A DNA stretch of 64,000 bases, taken from assembly GCA_963788195.1 (NCBI GenBank), contig CAWBGA010000017.1, forward strand, positions 192,001-256,000. Reading direction: 5' to 3'. The position numbers were made by a program, and so were the translations under genes. The notes under the pieces are model-generated. The model was given only the letters and a program-made list of their open reading frames with translations, ran no database searches and was not told the DNA's origin. Below are positions 1 through 10,872 of the stretch, piece after piece (the stretch's first letter is position 1; each line of letters starts with the position of its first letter). Source of the stretch: Nitrospirota bacterium (GTDB taxonomy: Bacteria > Nitrospirota > Nitrospiria > Nitrospirales > NS-4).

Positions 1-449
1 CGCTGGGACCAGCGGCTCGGCTGTCTGATAACGATAGGGCAGCAGCGAGGCCGCTCCCATCGCAATGAAGCCCACAGAGACGACGAAGACGCCAATCGAC
101 TTTATCTTATACTTCATTTCAAGCAGCAGATACCCGGCGATAATCGCGAATGAGACGTACGCCATAGCTTCAAATTGATTAGACCACGGTGCGAAGGTGC
201 CGGAGAGCTGCATCCGCTCATACGCTCGAGTGCCGAGGGCCAGGCCGTTCACAATGAGCCCAAAGGCCGTCACCCATGTCGCGAGCTGCCCGATCGGCTC
301 CGCCCAGCCGGATCTGCGGGCGCTGAGGGATGGCCCGCAGGCGCCGTTTGCAAGACCGATCCCGCCGCGAAAATATAGCCGAAGTACAGGCAGACCGCTG
401 CCAGATAGAGCCAGAATGTCACATCGAAAAGAAACAGCGAATGGAACAT
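1..449 (-). CDS. ccsA: Cytochrome c biogenesis protein CcsA/ResC, N-terminal part (runs off window; apparent frameshift ~310-360)
   Basis: Manual translation: SD AAGGGGGAG then ATG449 MFHSLFLFDVTFWLYLAAVCLYFGYIF; continues in another frame as ...GTFAPWSNQFEAMAYVSFAII...EPLVPA, typical of CcsA; lies directly downstream of resB. Confidence 0.8.
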
Positions 450-458
450 GACTCCCCC

Positions 459-1872
459 TTACGCTGAACGCCGACCGCAGTAATTCTACTCGCTCGGCAA
501 GTTTCTTAAATTCGCGGTCGAAATCGATCTGGCCTTTGTACGCCGTGCCACCCAGGTAAACAGTGACGCCACTGGCTGCCGGCACGATTTTCGCCCACAC
601 GCGGCGATGGTAGATCGTCGCGGACAGCATGACGCCCACGACCAGGAGCGTCGAACCGATCCATACGATGATGACGCCCGGATCCTTTGCGATCTGCAGA
701 CCCGTAAATTTTTTGGTGAGATACCCGGTTAGTTCGAACTTATATTTCGAACCTTGGATCTCAAAGAGATCCGGAAAGTTATAGAAAATCCAGGGGGCGG
801 GCAGCGAATGCTCATACTCCGTGATCGCCAGCTTGATCGCAGGGTTTCCGTGCTCAACGGTTTTGGAATAGACGCGACGGTCTTTCGCATCAAAGCCAAA
901 GTCCGCGACAAAGTCCGTCAACTGCAGCTTGAGTCCAAGATCTTTGAGCGTCGCCTCTTTCTGCCAGTCGAGAATGGCCTCGCCCACCACCTTGTCGGTC
1001 GCCTTTTCCTTCACCACGATCCGGGCTTTCTCCACACGGTCCCAGGAATCGCCGTAACTGGACTGGTAGAACCAGATCCCTTTATACACCAACGGATCGT
1101 TGACCGTGATGGTCTTCGTGAGCTGGTTTTCACCATTCTCAATGATTGTCAGAGTGCTGTTGTATGACTTCACAGCACCGTTGTCGTAATAATCAATCCA
1201 GAACTTATCGACGTGCAGATCGAAGTTGCCTTGGGGTATGTGATAGGTCTGACCTTCCAGGCATACGCCGAAATCCCGAAACCCAAGAGTCGTGCCGAGC
1301 AAGCCTCCTAAGACGATCACGGTGACGCTCAGGTGGGCGACATGAGCGGATACGCGCCCAAGAATACCCTTGGTCGCGTAGATCGTTGTGTCGGCTTCCC
1401 CCTTGTTGAACAGGACCCGATACCCTTGCTGTGCAAATCCCAGGGCTATCTCTTCGGTCACCCGGTTACGGTCAGCCGGTAATTCGAGCGTCAGGGACCG
1501 CTTTAAATTCCGTATGAAGGGGACCGTGACATTCACTTTGTCCTGGCGGATCGACCGCCAAATCGCGGGAAACCGCTGATGAAAGCAGGTCAGCGAGTTC
1601 ACGCACAGCAACACCAAAATCGATGTAAACCACCACTGATGATAGACGTCCGTCAGGCCGAGCTTCGTGAACCACCAGTAAGCATTTTCACCATATTCCT
1701 TGATGTAAACGTCCGGTTGTTCTCCCTGTTGAATAACGGTACCCACCGTCGATGTGATTGCGAGGGTAATCATCAAAAAGATGGCGAGTTTCAGGGAACT
1801 GAAGAATTCGGCAAAGGCATCGCCAAACTCTTTGAAACTGAAGGGCTTTGCAGCCTCCGCATGCTCTGTCAA
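459..1872 (-). CDS. resB: Cytochrome c biogenesis protein ResB/CcsB (apparent frameshift near 3' end)
   Basis: Manual translation from TTG1872: FFSSLKLAIFLMITLAITSTVGTVIQQ, DVYHQWWF, HVAHLSVTVIVLGG, TVNDPLVYKGIWFYQSSY, TGLQIAKDPG. Absent from the ORF track, apparently because this frame has no stop inside the window. Confidence 0.85.
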
Positions 1873-1907
1873 TTAATACCCCTTTTGTGGCGGGCGAGAG
1901 TTGATTC

Positions 1908-1937
1908 ATCCTACAAGGCGCAGACTTGGAGTGTCAA
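1908..1937 (-). promoter_or_regulatory. Putative sigma70 promoter for resB-ccsA
   Basis: TTGACA-N18-TAGGAT on minus strand. Confidence 0.4.
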
Positions 1938-1980
1938 GGCGAATGGCGGCAGACTAACCCTTTTGGTAGTCAAATTTGCA

Positions 1981-2010
1981 TTGACAACCAGGCACTTATC
2001 TCGCTACGCT
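1981..2010 (+). promoter_or_regulatory. Putative sigma70 promoter for metK-ahcY
   Basis: TTGACA-N18-TACGCT. Confidence 0.45.
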
Positions 2011-2065
2011 GAGGCGCTTCCACGATAGAAATTTCGAACACCCATTCAGCCATGAGGACTAATCC

Positions 2066-3220
2066 ATGAGCCATAACAATTTCCTGTTTACGTCCGAATC
2101 CGTCACGGAAGGCCATCCCGACAAAATCGCCGATCAGATTTCAGACGGCATTCTTGATGCCTTGATTGCCAAGGACAAGCACTCCCGCGTCGCCTGCGAG
2201 ACGATGCTGACCACCGGAATCGCGTTCGTGGCCGGGGAAATCAGCACGAAAGCCTATGTCGAGATCCCCGATATCATCCGCGAGACCATCAAGGCAGTCG
2301 GCTACTGCGATGCGACCTGGGGATTCGACTACTGCACCTGCTCGGTCCTGACCTCCATCCATCAGCAGTCCGGTGATATCGCGATGGGGGTGGATTCTGG
2401 AGGGGCCGGTGATCAGGGATTGATGTTCGGCTATGCCTCGAATGAGACGCCTGAGTTGATGCCCATGCCGATCGTGCTGGCCCACCGCCTCACGCGCCGC
2501 CTCGCAGAAGTAAGGAAGAAGGGGATCCTCCCGTGGGTGCGCCCCGACGGCAAATCGCAGGTGACCATCGAATATCGCGACGGAAAGCCGGTGCGGGTGG
2601 ACACGATCGTCGTCTCGACTCAGCACAGCCCGGACGTGACCGCCAAGAAGATCGAGCAAGAAGTCATCGAGAAGGTCATCAAGCCCGTCATGCCGGCAAA
2701 AATCTTTGATGCGATGAGCGTGAAGTTCTACATCAATCCGACCGGCCGCTTCGTCATCGGCGGGCCCATGGGCGATACGGGGCTGACAGGTCGGAAAATC
2801 ATCGTGGATACGTACGGCGGCGTGGGGAGCCATGGCGGCGGGGCGTTCTCCGGCAAAGATCCGAGCAAGGTGGACCGTTCCGCATCCTACATGGCCCGCT
2901 ACATTGCGAAGAACATCGTCGCGGCCGGCCTCGCGGAACAATGTGAGATCCAGCTTGCATACGCGATCGGCATCCCCGAGCCGGTCTCCATTCTCATTAA
3001 TACGAAGGGCACGGAGCATGTGGATCTTGATATCATCGACAAGTTGGTCCGCCGACACTTTCCCCTCACACCGCGCGGTATCATCGATCATCTAAAACTG
3101 CTGCGGCCTATTTACAAGGCGACCGCCGCGTACGGGCACTTCGGGCGAAACGAACCCGGATTTACCTGGGAGCGGACGGACCTGGCTCGAGTCCTCAAGA
3201 AGGACGCCGGCTTGCGATAA
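2066..3220 (+). CDS. metK: S-adenosylmethionine synthetase
   Basis: [35 protein letters not shown] motifs. Confidence 0.98.
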   Translation: MSHNNFLFTSESVTEGHPDKIADQISDGILDALIAKDKHSRVACETMLTTGIAFVAGEISTKAYVEIPDIIRETIKAVGYCDATWGFDYCTCSVLTSIHQQSGDIAMGVDSGGAGDQGLMFGYASNETPELMPMPIVLAHRLTRRLAEVRKKGILPWVRPDGKSQVTIEYRDGKPVRVDTIVVSTQHSPDVTAKKIEQEVIEKVIKPVMPAKIFDAMSVKFYINPTGRFVIGGPMGDTGLTGRKIIVDTYGGVGSHGGGAFSGKDPSKVDRSASYMARYIAKNIVAAGLAEQCEIQLAYAIGIPEPVSILINTKGTEHVDLDIIDKLVRRHFPLTPRGIIDHLKLLRPIYKATAAYGHFGRNEPGFTWERTDLARVLKKDAGLR

Positions 3221-3235
3221 TTACCTGTAATCATC

Positions 3236-4565
<1,330 letters not shown>

Positions 4566-4589
4566 AGCAAACGGTCAGGGCCCCGGGAG

Positions 4590-5447
4590 CTATGGGATCT
4601 CGGCTGGCTTCAGCGTCTTGCCGTCAAATTTGATTCGCGATCCCGGTTCCATATAAAGATACCCGATCCCCCTTTTCGTCACTTCCTCGCTGAAAAGCTT
4701 CGCATCCTGCGTCAATACCGGAAACGTCCGGTAGTGATGCGGGACTGCGAATTTTGCCCGCACGCTGGCCGCAGCGCGGGCCGCCAGCGGCGGCTCCATG
4801 CCGAAGTGGCCCCCGATATTGATGAGCGCCACATCCGGTTGATACTGCTCTCCGATCAGCTCCATATCCTTGAAGTAAGCCGTGTCGCCCGTGTGATAAA
4901 TCGTCGGACCGTTCTTGATCTGGAGCACAAATCCTCCTGGGTTACCGCCGTACTCAATGTCCGGATCCTGTTCCTTGGCATACGGATTTCCCATGCCGCT
5001 GGAATGAATCGCCGGCGTCATCGCGACCAGGACCTCGCCGTTCGCGATCGTGATTTCACCACCGATGTTCATCAACGAATCAAATCCCATCTGCCCTTTG
5101 GGATAGCCGTGCAGCTTCTTCAGATTCGTCCCTAGCTCAAAATTCGTGATCAAGCGCGCGCCCGTCTTTTTTGCGACGGCTACTGCATCCCCCACATGAT
5201 CGAAATGCCCATGCGTGATCAGGATGTAATCTGCTTTTTTAACCTCTGCCACCGGATCCTTATTATCCTGGGCCTTGGGGTTCAGCGGATTTTTCAGCCA
5301 TGGGTCAATGAAAAGGACCACGCCATTGGGCGTCACGATCTCAAAGGCTGCATGACCGTGCCATATCAGAGTCGTCTCCGCACTAGCAGCACTCACGGTC
5401 GTGAACACGAAGATTGCGGTCAACATGTATCGTTTGATCTCTTTCAT
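4590..5447 (-). CDS. Metallo-beta-lactamase-fold hydrolase (UPF0173-like) with predicted signal peptide
   Basis: WHGHAAF, IDPW, THGHFDH, YHTGDT, PHHY motifs; SD GAGGAGG before ATG5447; N-terminus ends ...SAASA. Confidence 0.85.
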   Translation of the reverse strand: MKEIKRYMLTAIFVFTTVSAASAETTLIWHGHAAFEIVTPNGVVLFIDPWLKNPLNPKAQDNKDPVAEVKKADYILITHGHFDHVGDAVAVAKKTGARLITNFELGTNLKKLHGYPKGQMGFDSLMNIGGEITIANGEVLVAMTPAIHSSGMGNPYAKEQDPDIEYGGNPGGFVLQIKNGPTIYHTGDTAYFKDMELIGEQYQPDVALINIGGHFGMEPPLAARAAASVRAKFAVPHHYRTFPVLTQDAKLFSEEVTKRGIGYLYMEPGSRIKFDGKTLKPAEIP

Positions 5448-5598
5448 CTCACTCCTCCTCTGGAAGTGAGGGTAATTTGACTCGAACCACGTCCGAAAAT
5501 GCAACTACGAATGCGTCGAAGGTGGAGTCGGTGATGTCACCGGCCGGAAACCCCTGATTTGCCTTGATCTTTGGCCCTTTTCTGCCGATAAGAACGTA

Positions 5599-7140
5599 AT
5601 GACAACCCATGCAGAAGCCAAGATCTCGAAGGCCACTCTCCTCGCCACGGTCAAGCAAAAGCTCCGTGATCAGCAGCTGCCGGTTCTACGCAAGACGGTC
5701 ACGCGTATCAGCGCCCTGGCCTCGACCCTGAAAAGCGACATTGGCCAGCTCGCCCAGACAATCCTTCAGGACCAGCCCTTCACGGCCAAAGTGCTAGCCG
5801 TCGCGAATAGTCCCTACTACAAGCACAATCCCGAGCCCGTCACGACGATCACGCGAGCAATCATCCAGGTCGGCTATAGCGCCCTGCGGGACATTGCGGT
5901 TGCCGCTCAGTTTACTGAGATGGCGCAAAAGCGCATGCCGAGCGGGATCAATCTGCATAACCTCCTGGCCAAGGCCTTTGTTGCCGCCCACCATGCCAAG
6001 AACGTGAGCGAAAGCCTTAATGCTCCGCATGCCGAACAGATCTTCACGCACACGCTCCTCCGAAACATCGGCGACTTTGCCCTCGCGTATTACATGCCGC
6101 AGGAGTTCCGGGAGATCGACAAATTGAGGCGGGCCGAAGGCCTGCTCGCAGATGCCGCCTATCAACAGGTCCTCGGCATCACTTCGCAGGACTTCAGGAT
6201 GGCCTTCATCGAAGCCTACGGCCTTCCGTCCGAGCTTGCCGGGCCCATGCCCAACTGGGCGAACGCCAAGAACTGGAGTGATAAGGAGCGCATGCAGGCC
6301 ATCGCCGACGTCGCAAATGAGGTCACGTCAATTCTGTTTACACAGCCTCCCGGCGCCAACGCGTGCCTGAATGAATTGGTGGAAAAAGCCAGTCAGGCGT
6401 TCGATTTGAAGGCGACGGATTTGGAATTGTTGATCGTACAAGGTTTCCAGAAGGCCTGCACCTTGGGGCAAAGCTTAGGTCTTGATCCTGTCTCCTTCGT
6501 TCCTGCTGTACCGGAGGCCATACCGGTGAACCACGTCCTGCATCCGTTGATCGATTCCTGCATCAATATCGTCGAGCCGTTACTCGCAGCCAGTCTCGAT
6601 CAGCCCATGGTCTCCCCCGCTCCCGAATCACTCGGATCGGCGGGCCTGCTCGTCAGCATCCTCATGGACCTCACAAATCACCTCATGACAGCGCCGGACT
6701 TCAATACGGTGTTGACCTGCGTGCTCGAGGGTCTCCACCGTGCAGTGGGTTTTGATCATGCGATCGTGGTGCTGACGGTGCCCGGCAAAACCACCGCCGA
6801 AGGACGCTCGGGGGTCGGCGCTGATATTCCCGCCTTACTTCCCCTCTTCAGCGTCTCAACGAATCCATCCTCCAATCTCCTGGCCCATTGCATGGCAGGC
6901 AAGATTCCCATGCGACTTAGCGCAGGGCAACCTCACACGCCATCATTGCCACCTGCCGTCATGAATGCAATCCAGCCGACCGGCATTGCCCTCGCGCCAC
7001 TGTATACGTCAAATCGCGTCATTGGCTTGATCTGGGCAGATCGCAAGGACGACGACATCGACGATGCAATGTGGAAGTCGTTTCAATTGTTCGCGATGCA
7101 GGCCAATCTCGCGCTCATACGGTTGACCAGCAAAGGCTGA
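5599..7140 (+). CDS. HDOD-domain signalling protein with C-terminal GAF-like region
   Basis: LPVL...ILQDQPFTAKVLAVANSPYY...ITRAIIQVG (HDOD); C-terminal VLEGLHRAVGFD...APL...IGLIWADR. Confidence 0.85.
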   Translation: MTTHAEAKISKATLLATVKQKLRDQQLPVLRKTVTRISALASTLKSDIGQLAQTILQDQPFTAKVLAVANSPYYKHNPEPVTTITRAIIQVGYSALRDIAVAAQFTEMAQKRMPSGINLHNLLAKAFVAAHHAKNVSESLNAPHAEQIFTHTLLRNIGDFALAYYMPQEFREIDKLRRAEGLLADAAYQQVLGITSQDFRMAFIEAYGLPSELAGPMPNWANAKNWSDKERMQAIADVANEVTSILFTQPPGANACLNELVEKASQAFDLKATDLELLIVQGFQKACTLGQSLGLDPVSFVPAVPEAIPVNHVLHPLIDSCINIVEPLLAASLDQPMVSPAPESLGSAGLLVSILMDLTNHLMTAPDFNTVLTCVLEGLHRAVGFDHAIVVLTVPGKTTAEGRSGVGADIPALLPLFSVSTNPSSNLLAHCMAGKIPMRLSAGQPHTPSLPPAVMNAIQPTGIALAPLYTSNRVIGLIWADRKDDDIDDAMWKSFQLFAMQANLALIRLTSKG

Positions 7141-7224
7141 ATCGTCGGCTGCCACTTTTGCTGAGGGAGGTCCCCGCTCAAGAGGAATGGACTGTTCTCA
7201 TTGCATAATGAGAGAGTGAATCTA

Positions 7225-7340
7225 GGCTAAGAGATGGCGCATCCTGGAAGGGTGCAGGATCGGATCGAAAGCTGAAAGGTGGACGATCCAAGCTGCAACC
7301 CGTCGGGGGTCCGACACCGTCCCTTAGCCGCTATTTTTTT
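7225..7340 (+). ncRNA. Candidate structured small RNA A (~105 nt plus U-run), family not recognised
   Basis: Terminal stem 7225-7237/7317-7329; helices 7250-7257/7293-7301 and 7262-7267/7284-7289; GAAA-capped hairpin; hairpin 7302-7315; T7 at 7334-7340. Confidence 0.55.
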
Positions 7341-7435
7341 CAACAGATTCTCACCCCGATTCCCACGCCACAGTTGGTTAGTTGTAAGGTCCCATCGCCC
7401 GCTCCTTTCCATTTCCTTGAACTAATGCCAGTAGA

Positions 7436-7739
7436 CCCCGCTGCACCGGGCCCCCCAGGAGGTAGCAATCCGGCAGACTCTAGGTCTGTGCAGATATCCA
7501 GGCGGGCGGGGCTGATATACGGAAAACGGAGTTTGTCCCTCGGGTACAAAGTCCTGCCTATGCAGGCTTTCAGGGGCAGAGGGCGGGTGCCCTGCAAGAT
7601 CGAAACTCCAGGCCACGGAGGAACGACGCTCGTCACGGGGCTACAGGAATGCCTCGATCCGGGGCACCCGCTTGTCTTCCGTTGCAAGGCGGTCGAATGT
7701 TCGGCAGGGCGGGCGGGTGTAATCTCAGCCCATTTTTTT
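7436..7739 (+). ncRNA. Candidate large structured RNA B (~230-300 nt plus U-run), family not recognised
   Basis: Nested helices 7509-7515/7725-7731, 7525-7531/7677-7683, 7581-7592/7662-7673, 7598-7603/7654-7659; local hairpins; T7 at 7733-7739; no credible ORF. Confidence 0.55.
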
Positions 7740-7807
7740 CTTTCCTTCGCTTATCACTTAAGTGTATCCTTGAGACTGATTCATTAATCACAATACCGGC
7801 CTGACAG

Positions 7808-8888
7808 ATGTCCGCCTCCCCGCTCAAGAAACCACGTTCCGCATCAATGCCCGGTCCGGAGGACCGTGAGGACAGTTTTCAGCCCCTCCTCGAGCGCTAT
7901 CACAGCCTGCACCAGAAGTTCCTGGAGTCTCAACAGGTCTTTCAATCCCTCAAGGCTCAATTCGACAAGATCAGCGTAGCCTCACGCCAGGCGGTGATTG
8001 AATCGCCACAGGACATTAGAAGATCATCCAGAAATCTTCAGGGCGAACTTCAAAAAGGAGGCGAGGCGAGCACACAGCTTGCGGATTGCGTTCATGAACT
8101 CACAAAGGAGCTCGAGGAAACCAATCAGAAGTTGAGTCAAGAAATGAGCGCCCGCGCCGGTGCCGAGGAGACAATTCGGCGACGGACCGAGGAATTACTA
8201 CGATCTAATGAGGATCTTGAACGCTTTGCGTATATGGCGTCTCATGATCTCAAAGAGCCGCTTCGAACAGTATCGGCATTCACCAAACTACTCGCGAAGC
8301 GCTATCGACGGCCGGCTCGATGACGATGCGGATGACTTCATGCAATATATGTTGGATGGCATTCAGCGCATGGAGCAGCTGATCACGGACGTCTTAATCT
8401 ATTGCAGGGTCGGCTCGGGCGAAATCACACGCCGCCGGACTGATTTAAACGAGATCGTCGATCGCGCCGTGGAGAATCTAAAAGAAGCCATTCAGGAGAG
8501 CAACGCACAGGTAGGTCATGCCCGCCTGCCCGTCGTGCTCGGCAACGAGAGCGAACTGCTTCAGATTTTTCAGAATCTGCTCGGCAATGCCATCAAATTC
8601 CACGGGCCTGAGCCTCCGGTCGTGACAGTGTCGGCCGAGCGGCGGGATAGTGAGTGGGTGCTGGCCGTTGAGGATAATGGCATCGGCATCGAGCCCCGAT
8701 ATGCCGGCAAGATTTTTGAGTTATTCACGCGGCTCAACACCATTGCCGACTATCCGGGTTCCGGGATCGGATTGGCCACGTGTAAGAAGGCGGTTGAACA
8801 CCATGGCGGGCGCATTTTTCTCAAGCCCCAGTCGAATAGCGGCGCGACATTCTATTTCACTCTTCCCTGTCGCCCTGACGTCCCGTAA
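7808..8888 (+). CDS. Soluble sensor histidine kinase (coiled-coil, HisKA, HATPase_c); frameshift ~8315
   Basis: H-box FAYMASHDLKEPLR in ORF 7808-8323; QNLLGNAIKF, DNGIGI, GSGIGLA in ORF 8160-8888. Confidence 0.88.
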
Positions 8889-8928
8889 ATTGTTCTCGGA
8901 ATCTGCCCTGCTGGGCTAACGATCTTCC

Positions 8929-9096
8929 CTAGCTGGGAAGCGGCTCGACAATTGCGGGGATACCTTCAAAAGGGTCGTCATCGTCATCGTCATCATCGTC
9001 TTCTTCTTCGTTGGGATCAATATTGGGATCAGGATTGGGATCGGGGATGGGACGTGGGCCAGGTTCTGGCTGTCTCTGGATGGTCTCGGTGGGCAC
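8929..9096 (-). CDS. Small acidic, Pro-rich hypothetical protein (55 aa)
   Basis: Manual translation MPTETIQRQPEPGPRPIPDPNPDPNIDPNEEEDDDDDDDDDPFEGIPAIVEPLPS; GTG lies 3 nt after the sucD stop; explains the low-complexity DNA here. Confidence 0.55.
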   Translation of the reverse strand: MPTETIQRQPEPGPRPIPDPNPDPNIDPNEEEDDDDDDDDDPFEGIPAIVEPLPS

Positions 9097-9099
9097 GGC

Positions 9100-9987
9100 T
9101 TACATGCCACCTTGGGCTTTGAGCACGTGTTCCACAGTACTGCCTATCTCTGCGGGATTACGAACCACATGCACCCCACAGGTCTCTAGGACCTTCATTT
9201 TTTCAGTGGCGGTACCTTTTCCTCCTGTGATAATCGCACCCGCATGCCCCATGCGTCGTCCCGGCGGCGCTGTAATGCCGGCGATAAAGCTAATCACCGG
9301 CTTTCGCACGTTCTCCTTGATAAATGCCGCCGCACGGTCCTCTGCGTCCCCGCCGATCTCACCGATCATGACGACCGCCTCTGTTTCCTGATCCTTCTCG
9401 AACAGCGCAAGCAATTCAATATACCCCGTCCCGATAATCGGATCACCGCCGATACCGATACAGGTGGTCTCACCGAGGCCGAGGTTTGTCAGTTGGTTGA
9501 CCGCCTCATAGGTCAGCGTGCCGCTACGCGAAATGACACCGACGCGTCCTTTCTTGTGAATGAATCCCGGCATGATGCCGATTTTGCATTCGTCGGCGGT
9601 AATGATGCCGGGGCAATTGGGGCCGATCAGCCTCGTATCCCTCCCTCGTAACGCCCGCTTCACCTTTACCATATCGTTCACCGGTATGCCTTCGGTGATG
9701 CAAATAACCAGCTTGAATACCTGCCTCTGCGGCTTCCAGAATGGCATCCGCGGCGAACGGAGGCGGAACAAAGATCAGCGACACGTCACACTTGCGTCTT
9801 GGTCACCGCATCGCGCACCGTGTTGAAGACCGGAATCCCTTCGACTTCCTGGCCACGCCTTGCCGGGCGTCACCCCTGCGACCACTTGCGTGCCATAAGC
9901 CTTGCATTGCGTCGCATGGAACGAGCCTTCCTTCCCGGTAATACCCTGCACAACCACCCGCGTGTTTTTATTAACAAGAATGCTCAC
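9100..9987 (-). CDS. sucD: Succinyl-CoA ligase alpha subunit (about 3 frameshifts, ~9720-9860)
   Basis: [53 protein letters not shown], split over ORFs. Confidence 0.95.
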
Positions 9988-10014
9988 TATCGTCCCCTTC
10001 CGATAAGAATGAGA

Positions 10015-10485
10015 TCACAAGACATACGATCTGTATGGGATGGGCATCCGTCCCTCATCCATGTCGATCAAATCGAAGACATCGAGTGCGCCGACGTCCA
10101 CCCTGGCCGCCAGCTCGGGATACAATTCCCTCCGGTACTGGATCCTCGCGGCATCCGGGCGATAGGACTCAATGCTCTCAGCCCAGCGCCGCTTATCATC
10201 TGAGGAATGAGGCTTTGCATGATCTTCGACCCATGCAAGCACCGACTCGTCCGACTCGCTCGCCAGAATGGCCCGCTTCAACTCTTCTCTGTCCTGGCCG
10301 GTGAAAGCTAAGAACTTCCTATCCAGCGTCATCGGACTCTCACTCAGCAAGTTTCGCTCATACACGGGTGGTAGTTGCCCTCTGGCCTGAAGCCGGACCT
10401 TCACGAGTAGCCTGGGCAAGATGACATACCCGCCCAGCTTCTCACGAGGCGAAGGAAGCAGTTGCATTGACAAATCCTTACTCAT
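10015..10485 (-). CDS. DUF5069-like hypothetical protein
   Basis: PSPREKLGGYVILPRLLVKVR...LDRKFLAF...FDLIDMDEGR pattern, family recognised from memory. Confidence 0.65.
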   Translation of the reverse strand: MSKDLSMQLLPSPREKLGGYVILPRLLVKVRLQARGQLPPVYERNLLSESPMTLDRKFLAFTGQDREELKRAILASESDESVLAWVEDHAKPHSSDDKRRWAESIESYRPDAARIQYRRELYPELAARVDVGALDVFDLIDMDEGRMPIPYRSYVL

Positions 10486-10652
10486 CAGCCCCCCAAAGAA
10501 CCGAGTGACTTTTGGGAGCGGGTGGCGCCGAACAGGGGCCTCCGCCGCGCGTAAGCATCCTGGAATCGCAACCGACAGCAATTACGTGCTTAAGTAAAGT
10601 AAGGTTCATGCAAGTCTACCTACAGCTGCAGAGCGTGGCGGGGATGTTCGGT

Positions 10653-10864
10653 GACAGGACCCGCAACCTCTTGCATTTTCCCCTTCACCCTCACCCTCCC
10701 CTCTCCCTCCAGGGGGAGAGGGAAAAGAAGGACTTCCTTCGACAAGCTTAGGGCGAACATCTCAGCGGGTGGCGTCGACTGGGACCCTGGCGGAGCGCAG
10801 CGCGACTTGCTTGCGCATCGCGGAGCGCGAGCACGTCAGGGTGGGTTGACGACAGGACCCGCAA
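10653..10864. repeat. Cluster of palindromic repeats bounded by a 14-bp direct repeat
   Basis: GACAGGACCCGCAA at 10653-10666 and 10851-10864; CCCTCTCCC/GGGAGAGGG hairpin 10699-10722; CCTTCGACAAGCTTAGGGCGAAC 10736-10758; long imperfect hairpin 10765-10862. Confidence 0.65.
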
Positions 10865-10872
10865 TCTTTGCA

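Noticed and set aside
7262..7289. c-di-GMP-I riboswitch (AAA-stem-GAAA-stem-GGACG resemblance)
   Set aside because: Lacks the GCAAA/GCAAAGC context and the second receptor hairpin
7508..7731. tmRNA (begins GGGGCTGAT like some ssrA genes)
   Set aside because: No GAYTCGAC after the 5' stem, no T-arm or CCA end, no tag-peptide frame, and too short
7227..7827. Short ORFs listed over the RNA-candidate region
   Set aside because: Overlapping frames on both strands, no SD, unprotein-like composition
8929..9096. Pup/UBact-type protein modifier or CRISPR-like repeat
   Set aside because: No C-terminal GE/GQ and no proteasome genes nearby; the repeats are codon-level with no spacers
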